A stretch of DNA of 64,000 nucleotides from Cyanobacteria bacterium P01_A01_bin.123 (GCA_039815185.1 JBCBZT010000038.1:15327-79326); one strand, 5' to 3'. Shown: positions 39,594 through 50,301, counted from the stretch's first letter. A program made the numbers and translations. Notes: generated by a model not told the origin, from the sequence alone.

Positions 39594-40768
39594 GAAAGCA
39601 TCGTCCGAGTAATTTGTTGTTTAAAGGTGCTCATCCCTGCCGTGACCACCAATGAAAACCCGGTGCTGATCACCAAAATAGTGGCCACTTCCGCAATAAT
39701 TAACCGAGAAATCATCCCCCGACTGCATCCCAGCTTAAAGCTGGTTTCGATTTCTCGCTGTCGCAATCGCAAAGACAGATTAAACACCAAAATTAGGGCG
39801 ATCAGGGTGGTAATCACCACCAGAATGAAAACTAGGTTCAACACATTGCGAATTTTGAAAATTTCCACCAGCAGCTCTTCAACCACAGTGGTCGGTCGGA
39901 TGATTTGACTGCTGGCCTCGCTGACTTCATAACGCCCCCTGAGAATCGCCGCCGCCCTCTCATCCTGGGGCACGGCAATAATGGCGGTTAGCGGAAAGGT
40001 TTCCGTCGCGCCATGGAAGTGGAAAGACGCCAGATTATCCGCTGTGATCTCGTTGTATTGGGGCAAAGCCGCATTGGCCGTGACGGTGTTGCCCTCCTGT
40101 TCGAGCACCACATCTTCATCCGTGGGTTGGGCTAAATCTTGGTGCCCATGCCCCAAACCCTGAATCACCCAAGTGGTTTTAATATCGACAAAAACAGCGC
40201 GATCGTCAGCAGTGTAGGATCTGTCGAGAACGCCAACCACCTTCATTTTGAGGGGGTAGTTGCCGCCAAAGTCAAAGACCGTTTCGGGTGAAGAAATGAT
40301 GCTATCCCCAGGCTTTAGCCCCAGCGTCGCAGCTACTTCAGCACCCAGAACAGCATCTCCTAAAATGCCAAAGGCACGCCCCTCTGCCACTGCCAACTGG
40401 CGTAGATCCAGATAGTCTAGGGTGGTGCCAATAATGGGAAAGTTGCGGGCTTGGAAGTGGGTGTGCAGGGGAATGGGAACTGCCAGATTTGAAGTTTGGA
40501 TTTCCGCTGCCTCAGCCATGGTGATCGGTTCAGGGGGCGCTGAGGCAAAGTAGAGCGAATTAATTGCCAAATCCAAATCGCTCCCCTTAGCCCCCACAAT
40601 CAAAGGGGTCGTTTCAGCCCGAGCCATCAGTTCCCGTTCACTAGCTGATAGCAGTAGGTTTAGGCTCAAGGGCAGCGCACCGACTAGGGTGACGCAGGCG
40701 ATCAAAATCGTCGTGCGCAGCTTGTTAAAGCTGAGGTATTTCCAGGCGAGATAGAGGCTGGGTGGCAT
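39590..40768 (-). CDS. ABC permease (FtsX/MacB-like)
   Basis: N-terminal TM, large periplasmic domain, RQREIETSFKLGCS. Confidence 0.82.
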   Translation of the reverse strand: MPPSLYLAWKYLSFNKLRTTILIACVTLVGALPLSLNLLLSASERELMARAETTPLIVGAKGSDLDLAINSLYFASAPPEPITMAEAAEIQTSNLAVPIPLHTHFQARNFPIIGTTLDYLDLRQLAVAEGRAFGILGDAVLGAEVAATLGLKPGDSIISSPETVFDFGGNYPLKMKVVGVLDRSYTADDRAVFVDIKTTWVIQGLGHGHQDLAQPTDEDVVLEQEGNTVTANAALPQYNEITADNLASFHFHGATETFPLTAIIAVPQDERAAAILRGRYEVSEASSQIIRPTTVVEELLVEIFKIRNVLNLVFILVVITTLIALILVFNLSLRLRQREIETSFKLGCSRGMISRLIIAEVATILVISTGFSLVVTAGMSTFKQQITRTMLS

Positions 40769-40769
40769 G

Positions 40770-41030
40770 GGGGGGAGATAGGAGGGTGAGAAGTCGAGAG
40801 AGTGGGGAGTGGGGGAAGCAGGGGAGCAGGGGGAGTGGGGGAAGCAGGGGAGCGGGGGAGCAAAGAAGGAATGGATTGGGGAGGGAGAGACGCGATTAAG
40901 AATCTTTTGGCTTTGCTCTGCGAATGCATCTATGGAAAGAAGCTTTTCCCGATATGGAAAAGGAAGCCTGATTTACGTTCTTTGAGATTTTGCCCCCCTT
41001 GCTCCCCTGCCCCCTCCACCCCCCTTGCTC
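40770..41030. repeat. G-rich and C-rich short tandem repeats in inverted arrangement
   Basis: GGGGAGCAG-type units at 40770-40865; CTCCCCTGC-type units at 40992-41030. Confidence 0.7.
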
Positions 41031-41033
41031 TAT

Positions 41034-41753
41034 TCACGATGCCAAGGCTTGCACCTCCGCCCCAGTTGTTGAGGTAGGTGTGAACACCATGGCTTGCTTT
41101 AGATCGACGACTTGGTCAAAGCGATCGAGGAGTTCATGGTCGTGAGTGACGGCGATTAGGGTTGCCTGCTGGGTTTTGACGTAGTTAAAGAGAATATCGA
41201 GGATGCGGTGTTTGTTGGCTGGATCGAGGTTGCCCGTAGCTTCATCGGCAAGGAGCACTTGGGGTTGGGGTAGCAGGGCGCGGCAGATGGCGACGCGCTG
41301 TTTTTCACCCTGGGAGAGGGCTTTCACCGATCGCTTGAGCTTATCGGCAATCCCCAGTTGGTCGGCTAACTCAATCGCCCGCTGCTTCACTGCGGCATTG
41401 AGGGTGAGAGCTGGGTTGAGGCGATAGGGGTGGAGGATGTTGTCGAGCACATTGAGGTATTCCAGCAGTTCAAAGTCTTGGAAGACAAACCCAATATGGG
41501 AAATCCGGAATTGCCGTCGTTCGGCATCAGAGAGCTGGTGGATGGCAGTCTCTCCGATCTGAATTTGCCCTGCTAGGGGTGGCCGAATGCCTGCAATCAG
41601 ATGCAGGAGGGTGGTTTTGCCAGTGCCGCTTGGCCCAATCATGGCAATGCTCTGACCCGTGTTGACCGTGAGCTGGGGTAGCCCCAGCCGGAATTCTCCC
41701 CGGTCATACTGAAATTCGAGATCGGTTATTTGAATTAAGGGATTAGAGGTCAT
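41034..41753 (-). CDS. ABC ATP-binding protein (LolD-like)
   Basis: GPSGTGKTT, LSQGEKQR, LADEATGNLD, VTHD. Confidence 0.92.
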   Translation of the reverse strand: MTSNPLIQITDLEFQYDRGEFRLGLPQLTVNTGQSIAMIGPSGTGKTTLLHLIAGIRPPLAGQIQIGETAIHQLSDAERRQFRISHIGFVFQDFELLEYLNVLDNILHPYRLNPALTLNAAVKQRAIELADQLGIADKLKRSVKALSQGEKQRVAICRALLPQPQVLLADEATGNLDPANKHRILDILFNYVKTQQATLIAVTHDHELLDRFDQVVDLKQAMVFTPTSTTGAEVQALAS

Positions 41754-44134
41754 AACAACCGATGTTCATCAACGACATCAATACGCTTAATTTTCCAGAC
41801 TGAATCGACATAGGTAAGGGTGATGGAGGCTACGTAGAGGTTGTGGCGATAGTGGGTATGGCCAAAGTGGCTCACGGCCCCGCCGACCATCCATTCGGCT
41901 TGCACCAAGAGTTGCTTGCCGGGTGCGGAGTGGACGGAGCTGACTTCGGTAACATCCACTTGATCGACGCGGGCGCGGGCGCCGCCTCGGTTTTCCACTT
42001 CTAGGGCGCGGCGATTTTCGAGATAAATGTCTGTGAGCTGTTCGCCTTCCACACTGACGGCAAGTTTGTCATAAATCGCTTCTTCAGTGTTGAACGCAAA
42101 GGATTGGTAGATGTTGGTGAGCAATTTTTCCACGATCAGGGCAGCTTGGGTTGGCGAAGGTTGGGGTTGAAAGGGCGGCGGCAGCTGCAGCGGTAAGGCT
42201 CCGACTGGGTATACCCAAATCGCCAGCGGTAGCATTAAACGGGTGGCGGCAAAGGCAAAACGGGGGTGCTCACCCTTGAAGAAGAATCCCCGTTTATCGA
42301 GCCATAACGCTGCGATGATCAGAATCAAGGAGACAACGGGAAGGGTGCGATGGGTAACGTTTACCCCAATGGCTTCGATATTGGGGACGGCGACATTAAC
42401 CAGGGCATTTTGCCAGCGAGCGCTGGGCTGCTGTGGTGTTAGCACCTGTTCTTCGCTGCCTTGGGGATCGGTGATGGTAGTTGCAATGCGCTGAATCGTT
42501 GGCGAGAAAATTGACCACTCGACGGTGACCGATTGGGGGACGGCGGTGGTGGGGTAGCGTAAAACAACGCCCAGCGTTGCTTCGTCAAGCACTTCAGGGA
42601 TGGGGGTTTCTCGATTGGCGATGCCAGTCTCTTCGACGATGACGAAGTTCACCTGATCGAGGATAGGGGGGGCAACGGTGTCGTCAATGGTTAGAACGAG
42701 GCCGTCGGCTAAAGCTTGGGCGATCGCTTGCTTGAAAGATTCCTGGGCGCCCACCGCCAAGGTGGGGGTATTGGGTGGCGTTTCAATCAGGTCGCTGGCG
42801 AGCAGTGCAGAGACATCCAGCAAAATTTCAGCGCGCACTTCCAACGGCTCTATGGTGACGAATCCTTCGATGGCAAAGGTGCGATCGAGGGATTCGTCAG
42901 AGCTTGCTGATTCGTCGTCTAACAAGGCATCGGTTTTGGACTGCAAATCTGATTCGGGGGCCGCAAAAGTCCCCGAATCAGGTGTGATAGCTGGCGCCGT
43001 TGCAGATGCGTTCAAGACAACGTTTGCTCCAGTGTCTGCCCCTGTTGGGGTAGCACTAGACGCCGACGATACAGCCGAAAGGGATTGCCCTTGATAGGCT
43101 TGGGGAATCGCGATCGCCACAATGGCCAAGCCTGCTAAACCGTACCCAATGCCCCGTCGCCATTGGCTCACCTGGGGGATGCGATGCCCTAGGGTCATCA
43201 GCCATGGAATCACTAACATCACCAGCAACTGGGCGGCGTCCATCCCTAGGATCAGCACCAGCAGACGTATGCCTAGTTGAACACTGCTAGCCCCGCCCTG
43301 ACTCAATGCGCCCGCCCAACCCAAACCGTGTATGAGCCCCAAAATGGCTAGGGGTAGCACTACCCACTTGGAGAGCCAGTTAGGTGTCGCTGCCAGATCT
43401 CTGCGCGTACCTAATAAAGCCAACGCTGCTGTGGCTAGGATAACTGCTGTTTCAGCGATCGCTAACGGGAGGGTGATGCTGCTCACAGCCGCGATCGCGA
43501 CGGATAGCAATCCTCCGACCGTAAAGGCGGTGACGAACTGCACCAGCTTGTTTGCCCGTGCCCAAAAGGCTAAAGCAATCAGGAACAGCAGATGGGGCCA
43601 AGCAATAAAAATATGACTCAAGCCCGCGATCACGTCCTGGCGTAGTTGGGGTATCCAGCTTGCCTCTGCGGTTTCAAACTGGTCTAGTGCAACTATGACG
43701 CCATCGTCTGTTGCGGCAAAGAACTGGCTTTGGGAAGTCCCCGCTTGCCAGTAAACCGTCACAATGCCGCCAGCCGTAGGCCAAGGTAAACCCAAGACAT
43801 CATTACGGCTTAGGGGTTGGCCATCACAGGTAAATGCGAACTGCAAAACCGTTGCTGATGAGTCAGGCGGAGCCGCCTCGGAGAGGCGGCAGCGGGGAGG
43901 TAATTGGGGCGTCAACGCACTCCCGGCTAGAGCATTCGGCAAATCCACAGTCAGTTGATACTCAGCGCCTGGTTGTTCCTGTAGCTCTGCCAGGGTAACG
44001 TTGCCACCATGACCCATGGCAGGACGGGCCAACACCAGGCAGAGCAGGGCTAAAATTACCCCATGGGTTATGATTTGCCACTTCCCCATGATGTTGTCCC
44101 AGATAGGCATCGAGGCGCGCTTGCGGTTGTTCAT
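41750..44134 (-). CDS. HupE/UreJ-family membrane protein fused to a large unknown C-terminal region
   Basis: AMGH signal end, GLSHI..HLLFL, FTVG, GLIHGLGWA; C-terminal HFGHTHYR. Confidence 0.7.
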   Translation of the reverse strand: MNNRKRASMPIWDNIMGKWQIITHGVILALLCLVLARPAMGHGGNVTLAELQEQPGAEYQLTVDLPNALAGSALTPQLPPRCRLSEAAPPDSSATVLQFAFTCDGQPLSRNDVLGLPWPTAGGIVTVYWQAGTSQSQFFAATDDGVIVALDQFETAEASWIPQLRQDVIAGLSHIFIAWPHLLFLIALAFWARANKLVQFVTAFTVGGLLSVAIAAVSSITLPLAIAETAVILATAALALLGTRRDLAATPNWLSKWVVLPLAILGLIHGLGWAGALSQGGASSVQLGIRLLVLILGMDAAQLLVMLVIPWLMTLGHRIPQVSQWRRGIGYGLAGLAIVAIAIPQAYQGQSLSAVSSASSATPTGADTGANVVLNASATAPAITPDSGTFAAPESDLQSKTDALLDDESASSDESLDRTFAIEGFVTIEPLEVRAEILLDVSALLASDLIETPPNTPTLAVGAQESFKQAIAQALADGLVLTIDDTVAPPILDQVNFVIVEETGIANRETPIPEVLDEATLGVVLRYPTTAVPQSVTVEWSIFSPTIQRIATTITDPQGSEEQVLTPQQPSARWQNALVNVAVPNIEAIGVNVTHRTLPVVSLILIIAALWLDKRGFFFKGEHPRFAFAATRLMLPLAIWVYPVGALPLQLPPPFQPQPSPTQAALIVEKLLTNIYQSFAFNTEEAIYDKLAVSVEGEQLTDIYLENRRALEVENRGGARARVDQVDVTEVSSVHSAPGKQLLVQAEWMVGGAVSHFGHTHYRHNLYVASITLTYVDSVWKIKRIDVVDEHRLL

Positions 44135-44197
44135 GAGCCTGATTAAATACCTTGGCGTGGATGCAAGGAAAAAGTTCTATGCCAGTAGAGCTTTGCT

Positions 44198-44307
44198 ATG
44201 GCGTTGGTCAGAGGTTGAATGCACCGAGTCTCGCTGGGATGCTCAGCACATATGCAACCTGTCTCACAGTAGCGCACAAAGCTTTGTGGCTACTGCTAAT
44301 AACAAGC
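44198..44307. repeat. Structured dispersed repeat / MITE-like element, copy 2
   Basis: Shares GTAGCGCACAAAGCTTTGTGRCTAC and the upstream stem with 18474-18582. Confidence 0.65.
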
Positions 44308-44743
44308 TCACAATTGTGTACAGGAATCATTTGAAACTGGATTTAAACTCTTATTTGATTCCCAACCTCTTTGCGAGCCATACTCGCCTCAGATCAAAAA
44401 CTCATTTCCATCAGAGCCACTGTTTAAAGGGTATCTTGAGGGTTCTCGAAGACCTTTATAACCCTAGATTTTTGCATCATAATAAGTCAACTGTTGGGTG
44501 AAGTAATCTATATCACCTACAAGCACAACTATCTACTTAAAAACCTGAAAATAGGCATTTTTTCGCACGATAGCTAAGCCGTAGCTCATCCATGAATCAT
44601 GGTCGTTTTCAGCAAGCTCAAGTTCTAGGGGTCAAATTAGGTCCTCAGACCTATGTCATATGAGGCGTATGCCTCATGCGACTGCCCCCGGCTGCCGCAT
44701 ATTTTGAAATAGACCAGTGGGGCAACTGAGTGCTAGAAAATGG

Positions 44744-44787
44744 CCTTCATATGAGCTTCATACGAGCTTCACGCAAGCTTTATATGG
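44744..44787. promoter_or_regulatory. Four 11-bp-period direct repeats, candidate OmpR/PhoB-family operator
   Basis: CCTTCATATGA GCTTCATACGA GCTTCACGCAA GCTTTATATGG in a divergent promoter region. Confidence 0.5.
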
Positions 44788-45012
44788 GTTTTAAATCCAA
44801 TCGTTGATAGAGTGCGTACTACTTGCGTAAGTTTTTAGATTGACTCCATGCAAAGCCGTGGATATTGCCGCATTTTTATCACTAACTACTAATGAAATTC
44901 CTTGACGAATTACTAATTTACTTATACGAAGATGGCTTTTGACTGAGCTATCTCTACAGCCTGTAAATGATATTTTGTTCTGAACGCCTACCCCCTCTGT
45001 CCTCCGCATATT

Positions 45013-46233
45013 ATGTTCAGAAAACCGTTTCGATCTATTGCCTCCAGATTCGCGATCGCAGCCCTAACTTGCTTACTATGCATCTTTAGTTCGGCGTTTG
45101 TGTCGAGTGCGATCGCCCATGCGCTGGGTCAAAGCTACCTCTATTTTCATATTGGGGAAACGGCTGTCGAGACGCGCGTTGAGATGACCGTCCGCGATCT
45201 CAATGAGGTGCTAGGGCTGGGTTGGCCTGCCAACAAGAAGGTTCGCGACAGTGACATTGAGCCCCACCTTGAGCAGATCAAAGCCTACGTATCAGACAAC
45301 TTGGCGGTTGGTAGCGAATCCCAAACCTATGACCTGGTGTTTCAGCAACATAGTTTTTTGAACACCACGTTTGCTCAGTTTTTGCAGCTGCGCTATGTCG
45401 TGGAAGGGTTTCAAGCCTTACCCGATTCCCTGGGGATCACCTATGACGTGTTCTTAGCTGAGAAGCCGCAGCATACCAATCTGGTGCTAATTGAACAGAA
45501 CTGGAAGACGGGTACGTTTGCCAATGAATCGAATGCATCGCTGATTTATGCCGATCCTGGTCAAGCCCAAACCCTAGATATTTCTGGTGGCAGTGTGCTG
45601 CAGGGGGTTTTCGGTGTGGTGAGGCTGGGAGTAGGACACATCCTCAGTGGCATTGACCATGTGCTGTTTTTGGCGGCGCTGCTGCTGCCGTCGGTATTCT
45701 GGCGAGAAGCAGCGGATTGGAAACCTGTGGGCAAATTGGGTACGCCATTTGTGCGGGTGCTCAAGCTTGTGACGGCTTTTAGCGTGGTTCACACCCTGGC
45801 CCTGGGTTTGGGCTTGCTGCAAGTGGTTGCGGTGCCGCTGCGTTTAGTAGAGTCGGTCACGGCTGCGGCTATTGGCTTAGCTGCTGTAGAGATTTTTTAC
45901 CCCGTTTTTAAGGGTTGGATATGGTTCATTGTTGCTGCCTTTGCTCTATTCCATGGGCTTGGCATTACGGATGAATTGATTCAGAACGGAGCCATGAGTC
46001 AGTATCTCCCGCTTTCGCTGCTGGGTTTCAACTTAGGCATTGAGATCGGTCAAATCGTGATTGTCGCTGTGGCGGTACCGCTGCTTTATTTATTGCGTAC
46101 CCAGCGGTTGTATCCCCGATATGCGATGCCGGCAGGGGGTGCCTTGCTGGGAGCAATGTCGCTCTACTGGTTCATTGAGTATGCCTTTAACGTCAATATT
46201 CGAGTTTTACCTTTTATTCAGGGGTTGTTCTAG
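45013..46233 (+). CDS. HupE/UreJ family protein
   Basis: AIAH signal end, GVGHILSGIDHVLFL, TAFSVVHT, LFHGLG, GFNLGIEIGQ. Confidence 0.85.
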   Translation: MFRKPFRSIASRFAIAALTCLLCIFSSAFVSSAIAHALGQSYLYFHIGETAVETRVEMTVRDLNEVLGLGWPANKKVRDSDIEPHLEQIKAYVSDNLAVGSESQTYDLVFQQHSFLNTTFAQFLQLRYVVEGFQALPDSLGITYDVFLAEKPQHTNLVLIEQNWKTGTFANESNASLIYADPGQAQTLDISGGSVLQGVFGVVRLGVGHILSGIDHVLFLAALLLPSVFWREAADWKPVGKLGTPFVRVLKLVTAFSVVHTLALGLGLLQVVAVPLRLVESVTAAAIGLAAVEIFYPVFKGWIWFIVAAFALFHGLGITDELIQNGAMSQYLPLSLLGFNLGIEIGQIVIVAVAVPLLYLLRTQRLYPRYAMPAGGALLGAMSLYWFIEYAFNVNIRVLPFIQGLF

Positions 46234-46267
46234 GCATTGAAGCCCGATTTCGGACTGCGTTATTTCT

Positions 46268-47476
46268 ATGTTGACTTTTACTCAAACTCCCATGACTCGC
46301 AATGCTATGACCGCCTCGCTGCCTTTACAAACGCGAGTCTTATCCGTTGAAGATATCCGCTCCATTATTGAGTACGTGGGGCTAGATGCTCTGATGGATG
46401 AGATGATTGCACGGCTGACTGAGGCGTTTGAGTGCTTTGATCCGTCGGAGACTGTTGTTCCCGTACGTACGGGATTTAGCTACGAGCAACCCCATGTCGG
46501 GCTAGTGGAGTGGATGCCGCTGTTTCAAAAGCATCAACAAATTGTCGTAAAGGCGGTGGGCTACCATCCCCAAAACCCGAGTTTGCATAATCTACCGACG
46601 GTGCTTTCAACGGTCTCAGCCTACGACCCGACGTCGGGCCATTTATCTGCCCTGATGGACGGTACATTTCTGACAGCGCTAAGGACAGGGGCGGCTTCGG
46701 CGATCGCGAGTCGGTATCTTGCCAACCCCAATAGTCGCGTGTTGGGGCTGATTGGGGCCGGGGCGCAGGCCGTCACCCAGGTGCATGCCCTCTCTCGCTG
46801 CTTTGAGTTAGAGCAGATACTCATCTGCGATCGCGATCCAGCCGTCAGCCAATCCTTTGCCAATCGGGTGGCCGATCTGCATCTGGGTTCTCTGGCGATT
46901 CGGCGGGCTCATAGGGCTGAGATTATAGCCACCGCAGATATTCTCTGCACAGCCACATCTGTGGATGTGGGGGATGGGCCAGTCTTTGCCGATCAAACCT
47001 CAAAGCCTTGGCTGCACATTAATGCCGTAGGCGCTGACTTCCCCGGCAAGTTTGAGATCCCGTTGAGTTTGTTGGAACGCAGCTTTGTCTGCCCTGATTT
47101 CCGGGCGCAGGCCGTTCAAGAAGGGGAGTGTCAGCAGCTCAGCGAGCTTGAGATTGGGCCTGAGCTGTTTGAAGTAGCGCAGCATCCTAACGCGTATCAG
47201 CGATACCAGCATCAGCTCACCGTGTTTGATTCCACCGGATTCGCCCTGGAAGATCAGGTGGCAATGAACATGCTGCTGGACTATGCCACTGAACTCCAAA
47301 TTGGTACTTGGCTTTGTTTAGAGAGTGCTTCAGCCGAGGTCAAAAATCCCTACAGCTTTGTCAACGAAGGGATCTCATCCTCCCTTTCTAAAGGGGAGGT
47401 GCCGCAGGCGGAGGGATGCTCATCGGTCGTCACCCTGTCGCAACAAAGCATGACAACTCCCCCAGTCCATCTGTAA
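46268..47476 (+). CDS. Ornithine/lysine cyclodeaminase family protein
   Basis: LTALRTGAAS, IGAGAQA, HINAVGAD, FDSTGFALED. Confidence 0.88.
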   Translation: MLTFTQTPMTRNAMTASLPLQTRVLSVEDIRSIIEYVGLDALMDEMIARLTEAFECFDPSETVVPVRTGFSYEQPHVGLVEWMPLFQKHQQIVVKAVGYHPQNPSLHNLPTVLSTVSAYDPTSGHLSALMDGTFLTALRTGAASAIASRYLANPNSRVLGLIGAGAQAVTQVHALSRCFELEQILICDRDPAVSQSFANRVADLHLGSLAIRRAHRAEIIATADILCTATSVDVGDGPVFADQTSKPWLHINAVGADFPGKFEIPLSLLERSFVCPDFRAQAVQEGECQQLSELEIGPELFEVAQHPNAYQRYQHQLTVFDSTGFALEDQVAMNMLLDYATELQIGTWLCLESASAEVKNPYSFVNEGISSSLSKGEVPQAEGCSSVVTLSQQSMTTPPVHL

Positions 47477-47500
47477 ACCCTTAGCTTCCCCCAACGCGCA

Positions 47501-48649
47501 ATGGATTTTTCTTGGTCAGACGAACAACTCGCTTTTAAGCAACGCGTGATTGAGTTTGCGCAGGAAAACTTGAATGGCGACACCCTCGAACGGGACTACC
47601 ACGGCAAATTCTCTTGGGAGAACTGGCGCAAATGCGCTGAGTTTGGCATTCAGGGCATGTGTATGCCAGAGGACTACAGCAACTCCCCCGCCCTCGATAT
47701 CATGACGGCGGTGCTGGCCATGGAGGGGATGGGCTACGGCTGTGAAGACAACGGCCTGACGCTGGCCCTCAACGCCCAAATGTGGACGGTGCAGATTTTG
47801 CTGTTGCAGTTTGGTACGGACGCGCAAAAACAGCGCTATCTGTCAAGGCTTTGTGGGGGGGAATGGATCGGGGTGCACGCGCTATCAGAACCGAATGCCG
47901 GGTCTGATGTGTACAGTCTTAAAACCCAGGCGGATAAATGTGAGGGGGGGTATCGCCTCAACGGGCGCAAAAAGTTTGTCACCTGTGCGCCCATCTGTGA
48001 CTTGGCGCTGGTGTTTGCCACCCTTGACCCGAGTTTGGGGAAGTGGGGCGTGACGGCCTTCTTAGTGGAGCGCACCTCCCCTGGGTTTTCGACTGGCCCA
48101 GTCAAAGACAAGATGGGGCTACGCACCACTCCCTTTGGAGAAATCTTCTTTGAAGACTGTTTTGTACCCGAAGAGAACCGTTTGGGCCCAGAAGGGGCCG
48201 GTTTTAGCTTTTCCCACAATTCGCTGGAATATGACCGCTGCTTTAACCTGGCCAGTGAGCTAGGCACCATGGAGCGGCAGTTAGAAAAAACCGTGGCCTA
48301 CGCCAAATCGCGAGAGCAGTATGGTCAGCCGATTGGTAAGTTTCAATCGGTCTCGAATCGGGTGGCCGATATGAAACTACGACTGGAGACGGCGCGACTG
48401 CTGCTTTATAAAGTGGCCTGGCTGAAAGACCGGGGACAACCCGCCATGATGGAGGCGGCGCTGCTGAAGCTTTACCTGAGTGAATGTTTTGTGGCCTCCG
48501 GGCTAGATGCGGTGCGGATTCACGGCGGTAACGGCTATCTCACGGAATATGAGGTCGAACGCGACCTGCGCGATGCCATTGGCGGGGTGATTTATGCCGG
48601 CACCTCAGATATTCAGCGCAACATCATTGCGCGATCGTTGGGACTTTAA
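47501..48649 (+). CDS. Acyl-CoA dehydrogenase family, aminoacyl-PCP dehydrogenase-like (PltE/RedW/AnaB type)
   Basis: LSEPNAGSD, KMGLR, REQYGQPIGKFQ, IYAGTSDIQR; sits beside stand-alone A and PCP genes. Confidence 0.85.
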   Translation: MDFSWSDEQLAFKQRVIEFAQENLNGDTLERDYHGKFSWENWRKCAEFGIQGMCMPEDYSNSPALDIMTAVLAMEGMGYGCEDNGLTLALNAQMWTVQILLLQFGTDAQKQRYLSRLCGGEWIGVHALSEPNAGSDVYSLKTQADKCEGGYRLNGRKKFVTCAPICDLALVFATLDPSLGKWGVTAFLVERTSPGFSTGPVKDKMGLRTTPFGEIFFEDCFVPEENRLGPEGAGFSFSHNSLEYDRCFNLASELGTMERQLEKTVAYAKSREQYGQPIGKFQSVSNRVADMKLRLETARLLLYKVAWLKDRGQPAMMEAALLKLYLSECFVASGLDAVRIHGGNGYLTEYEVERDLRDAIGGVIYAGTSDIQRNIIARSLGL

Positions 48650-48663
48650 GGAGCACTAGACCC

Positions 48664-50301
48664 ATGCTTTACCTGCTGTCACAAATTCTCGATCGCTCGG
48701 CTGAGCAGTTTCCTGACCATGATGCCTTTCGCTGCGACGGTCAGGGGATTACCTATGGCGACCTGTTACGGCGGGCGAATGGACTGGCCCATTGGCTGAT
48801 TGAGCATGGGGTACAGCGAGGCGATCGCGTCGGCATCTATCTCAGCAAGAGCTTAGAAACGGCGATCGCGGTCTATGGCATCTGGAAAGCTGGGGCGGCT
48901 TATGTCCCACTAGACCCCAGTGCGCCGATTGCCCGTACCGCCTATGCCATTAACCACTGCGGCATTCGTCATCTAATTACGCAGAGATCGAAGCGATCGC
49001 GTCTACCAGATTTATTGCAGGCCGGGGCGAATGGCCATTCGCCCCTACGGTATGTGGTGGGACTGCCCGACAGCTTTGAACTGGATCATCCGATTACCCG
49101 CTGCGACTGGGCGGCGATTCCCCCCAGCGATACGCCGCCAGCCGTGCGAGTGATGGAGCAAGACTTGGCCTACATCATGTATACCTCTGGCTCCACGGGC
49201 ACACCTAAGGGGATCATGCACACCCATCGCAGCGGCTTGAACTATGCCCAAATGGCTGCTCACATCTACGGCCTAAATCACAGCGATCGCTTGGGGAACC
49301 ACTCGCCCCTGCACTTCGACATGTCCACCCTCGACTATTTTTCAGGGCCGCTGGTGGGAGCCACTACGGTGATCATCCCGGAAGCCTACACCAAAATGCC
49401 CGCTAGCCTATCCCAACTGGTGCAAGACGAAGCGCTAACGATTTGGTACTCGGTGCCCTTTGCCTTGATTCAGCTCTTGCTGCGCGGGGTGCTAGCAGAA
49501 CGCGACTTGAGTTCACTGCGTTGGGTGCTGTTTGGCGGTGAACCCTACCCGGCTAAATACATGTATGCCCTGATGGATCAGCTACCCCAGGCCCGCTTTA
49601 GCAACGTCTATGGCCCAGCCGAAATCAATCAGTGCAGCTATTTCCATGTGCCTCCCCTAGCGGCGGGCGACCCGGTGCCTAAAGACGTTGCCCCCATCGG
49701 TCAAATTTGGGTTAACGCTGAAGAACGGGTTTTAGACGATGCGGATCAGCCCGTATCACCCGGCGAAATCGGTGAGTTGGTGGTGCGTACCCCCACCATG
49801 ATGGCGGGCTATTGGCAGCAGCCTAACCTGAATGAGCGGGCCTTCTACCGTTGCCCAGTTGCCAATCAAACTGCCGTGTTTTACCGCACAGGGGATTTAG
49901 TGCTGCAGCAACCCGACGGCAACTATCAGTTCATCGGTCGCAAAGACCGCCAGATTAAGACGCGGGGCTATCGCGTTGAGCTGGACGAGGTAGAAGCAGC
50001 ATTGGTTGAACACCCCCTCGTGGAAGAAGCGGCGGTCTACGCCGTGCCCTACGAAGCTGGCAGCCACCAGATTGAAGCCGCTGTGATTTTGAAACCGGAT
50101 GTCGCCCCAGATGTCGTTTTAGACGAAGCCGACCTGAAACGCCAGATGGCCGAGCGACTGCCCGCCTACGCGGTGCCTCAGCAAATCGCGATCGCAGAGA
50201 CATTCCCCCGCACCACCAGCGGCAAAATCGATCGCCGAACTTTACAAAATCAAGCCCTAGCCCGCCAACAGTCACCCCCCGTAGAAACTCCCGTCGGCTA
50301 A
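48664..50301 (+). CDS. Stand-alone adenylation domain (prolyl-AMP ligase-like)
   Basis: YTSGSTGTPKG, FDMS, YRTGD, TTSGKIDR; manually read code DMLYLGVQCK. Confidence 0.88.
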   Translation: MLYLLSQILDRSAEQFPDHDAFRCDGQGITYGDLLRRANGLAHWLIEHGVQRGDRVGIYLSKSLETAIAVYGIWKAGAAYVPLDPSAPIARTAYAINHCGIRHLITQRSKRSRLPDLLQAGANGHSPLRYVVGLPDSFELDHPITRCDWAAIPPSDTPPAVRVMEQDLAYIMYTSGSTGTPKGIMHTHRSGLNYAQMAAHIYGLNHSDRLGNHSPLHFDMSTLDYFSGPLVGATTVIIPEAYTKMPASLSQLVQDEALTIWYSVPFALIQLLLRGVLAERDLSSLRWVLFGGEPYPAKYMYALMDQLPQARFSNVYGPAEINQCSYFHVPPLAAGDPVPKDVAPIGQIWVNAEERVLDDADQPVSPGEIGELVVRTPTMMAGYWQQPNLNERAFYRCPVANQTAVFYRTGDLVLQQPDGNYQFIGRKDRQIKTRGYRVELDEVEAALVEHPLVEEAAVYAVPYEAGSHQIEAAVILKPDVAPDVVLDEADLKRQMAERLPAYAVPQQIAIAETFPRTTSGKIDRRTLQNQALARQQSPPVETPVG

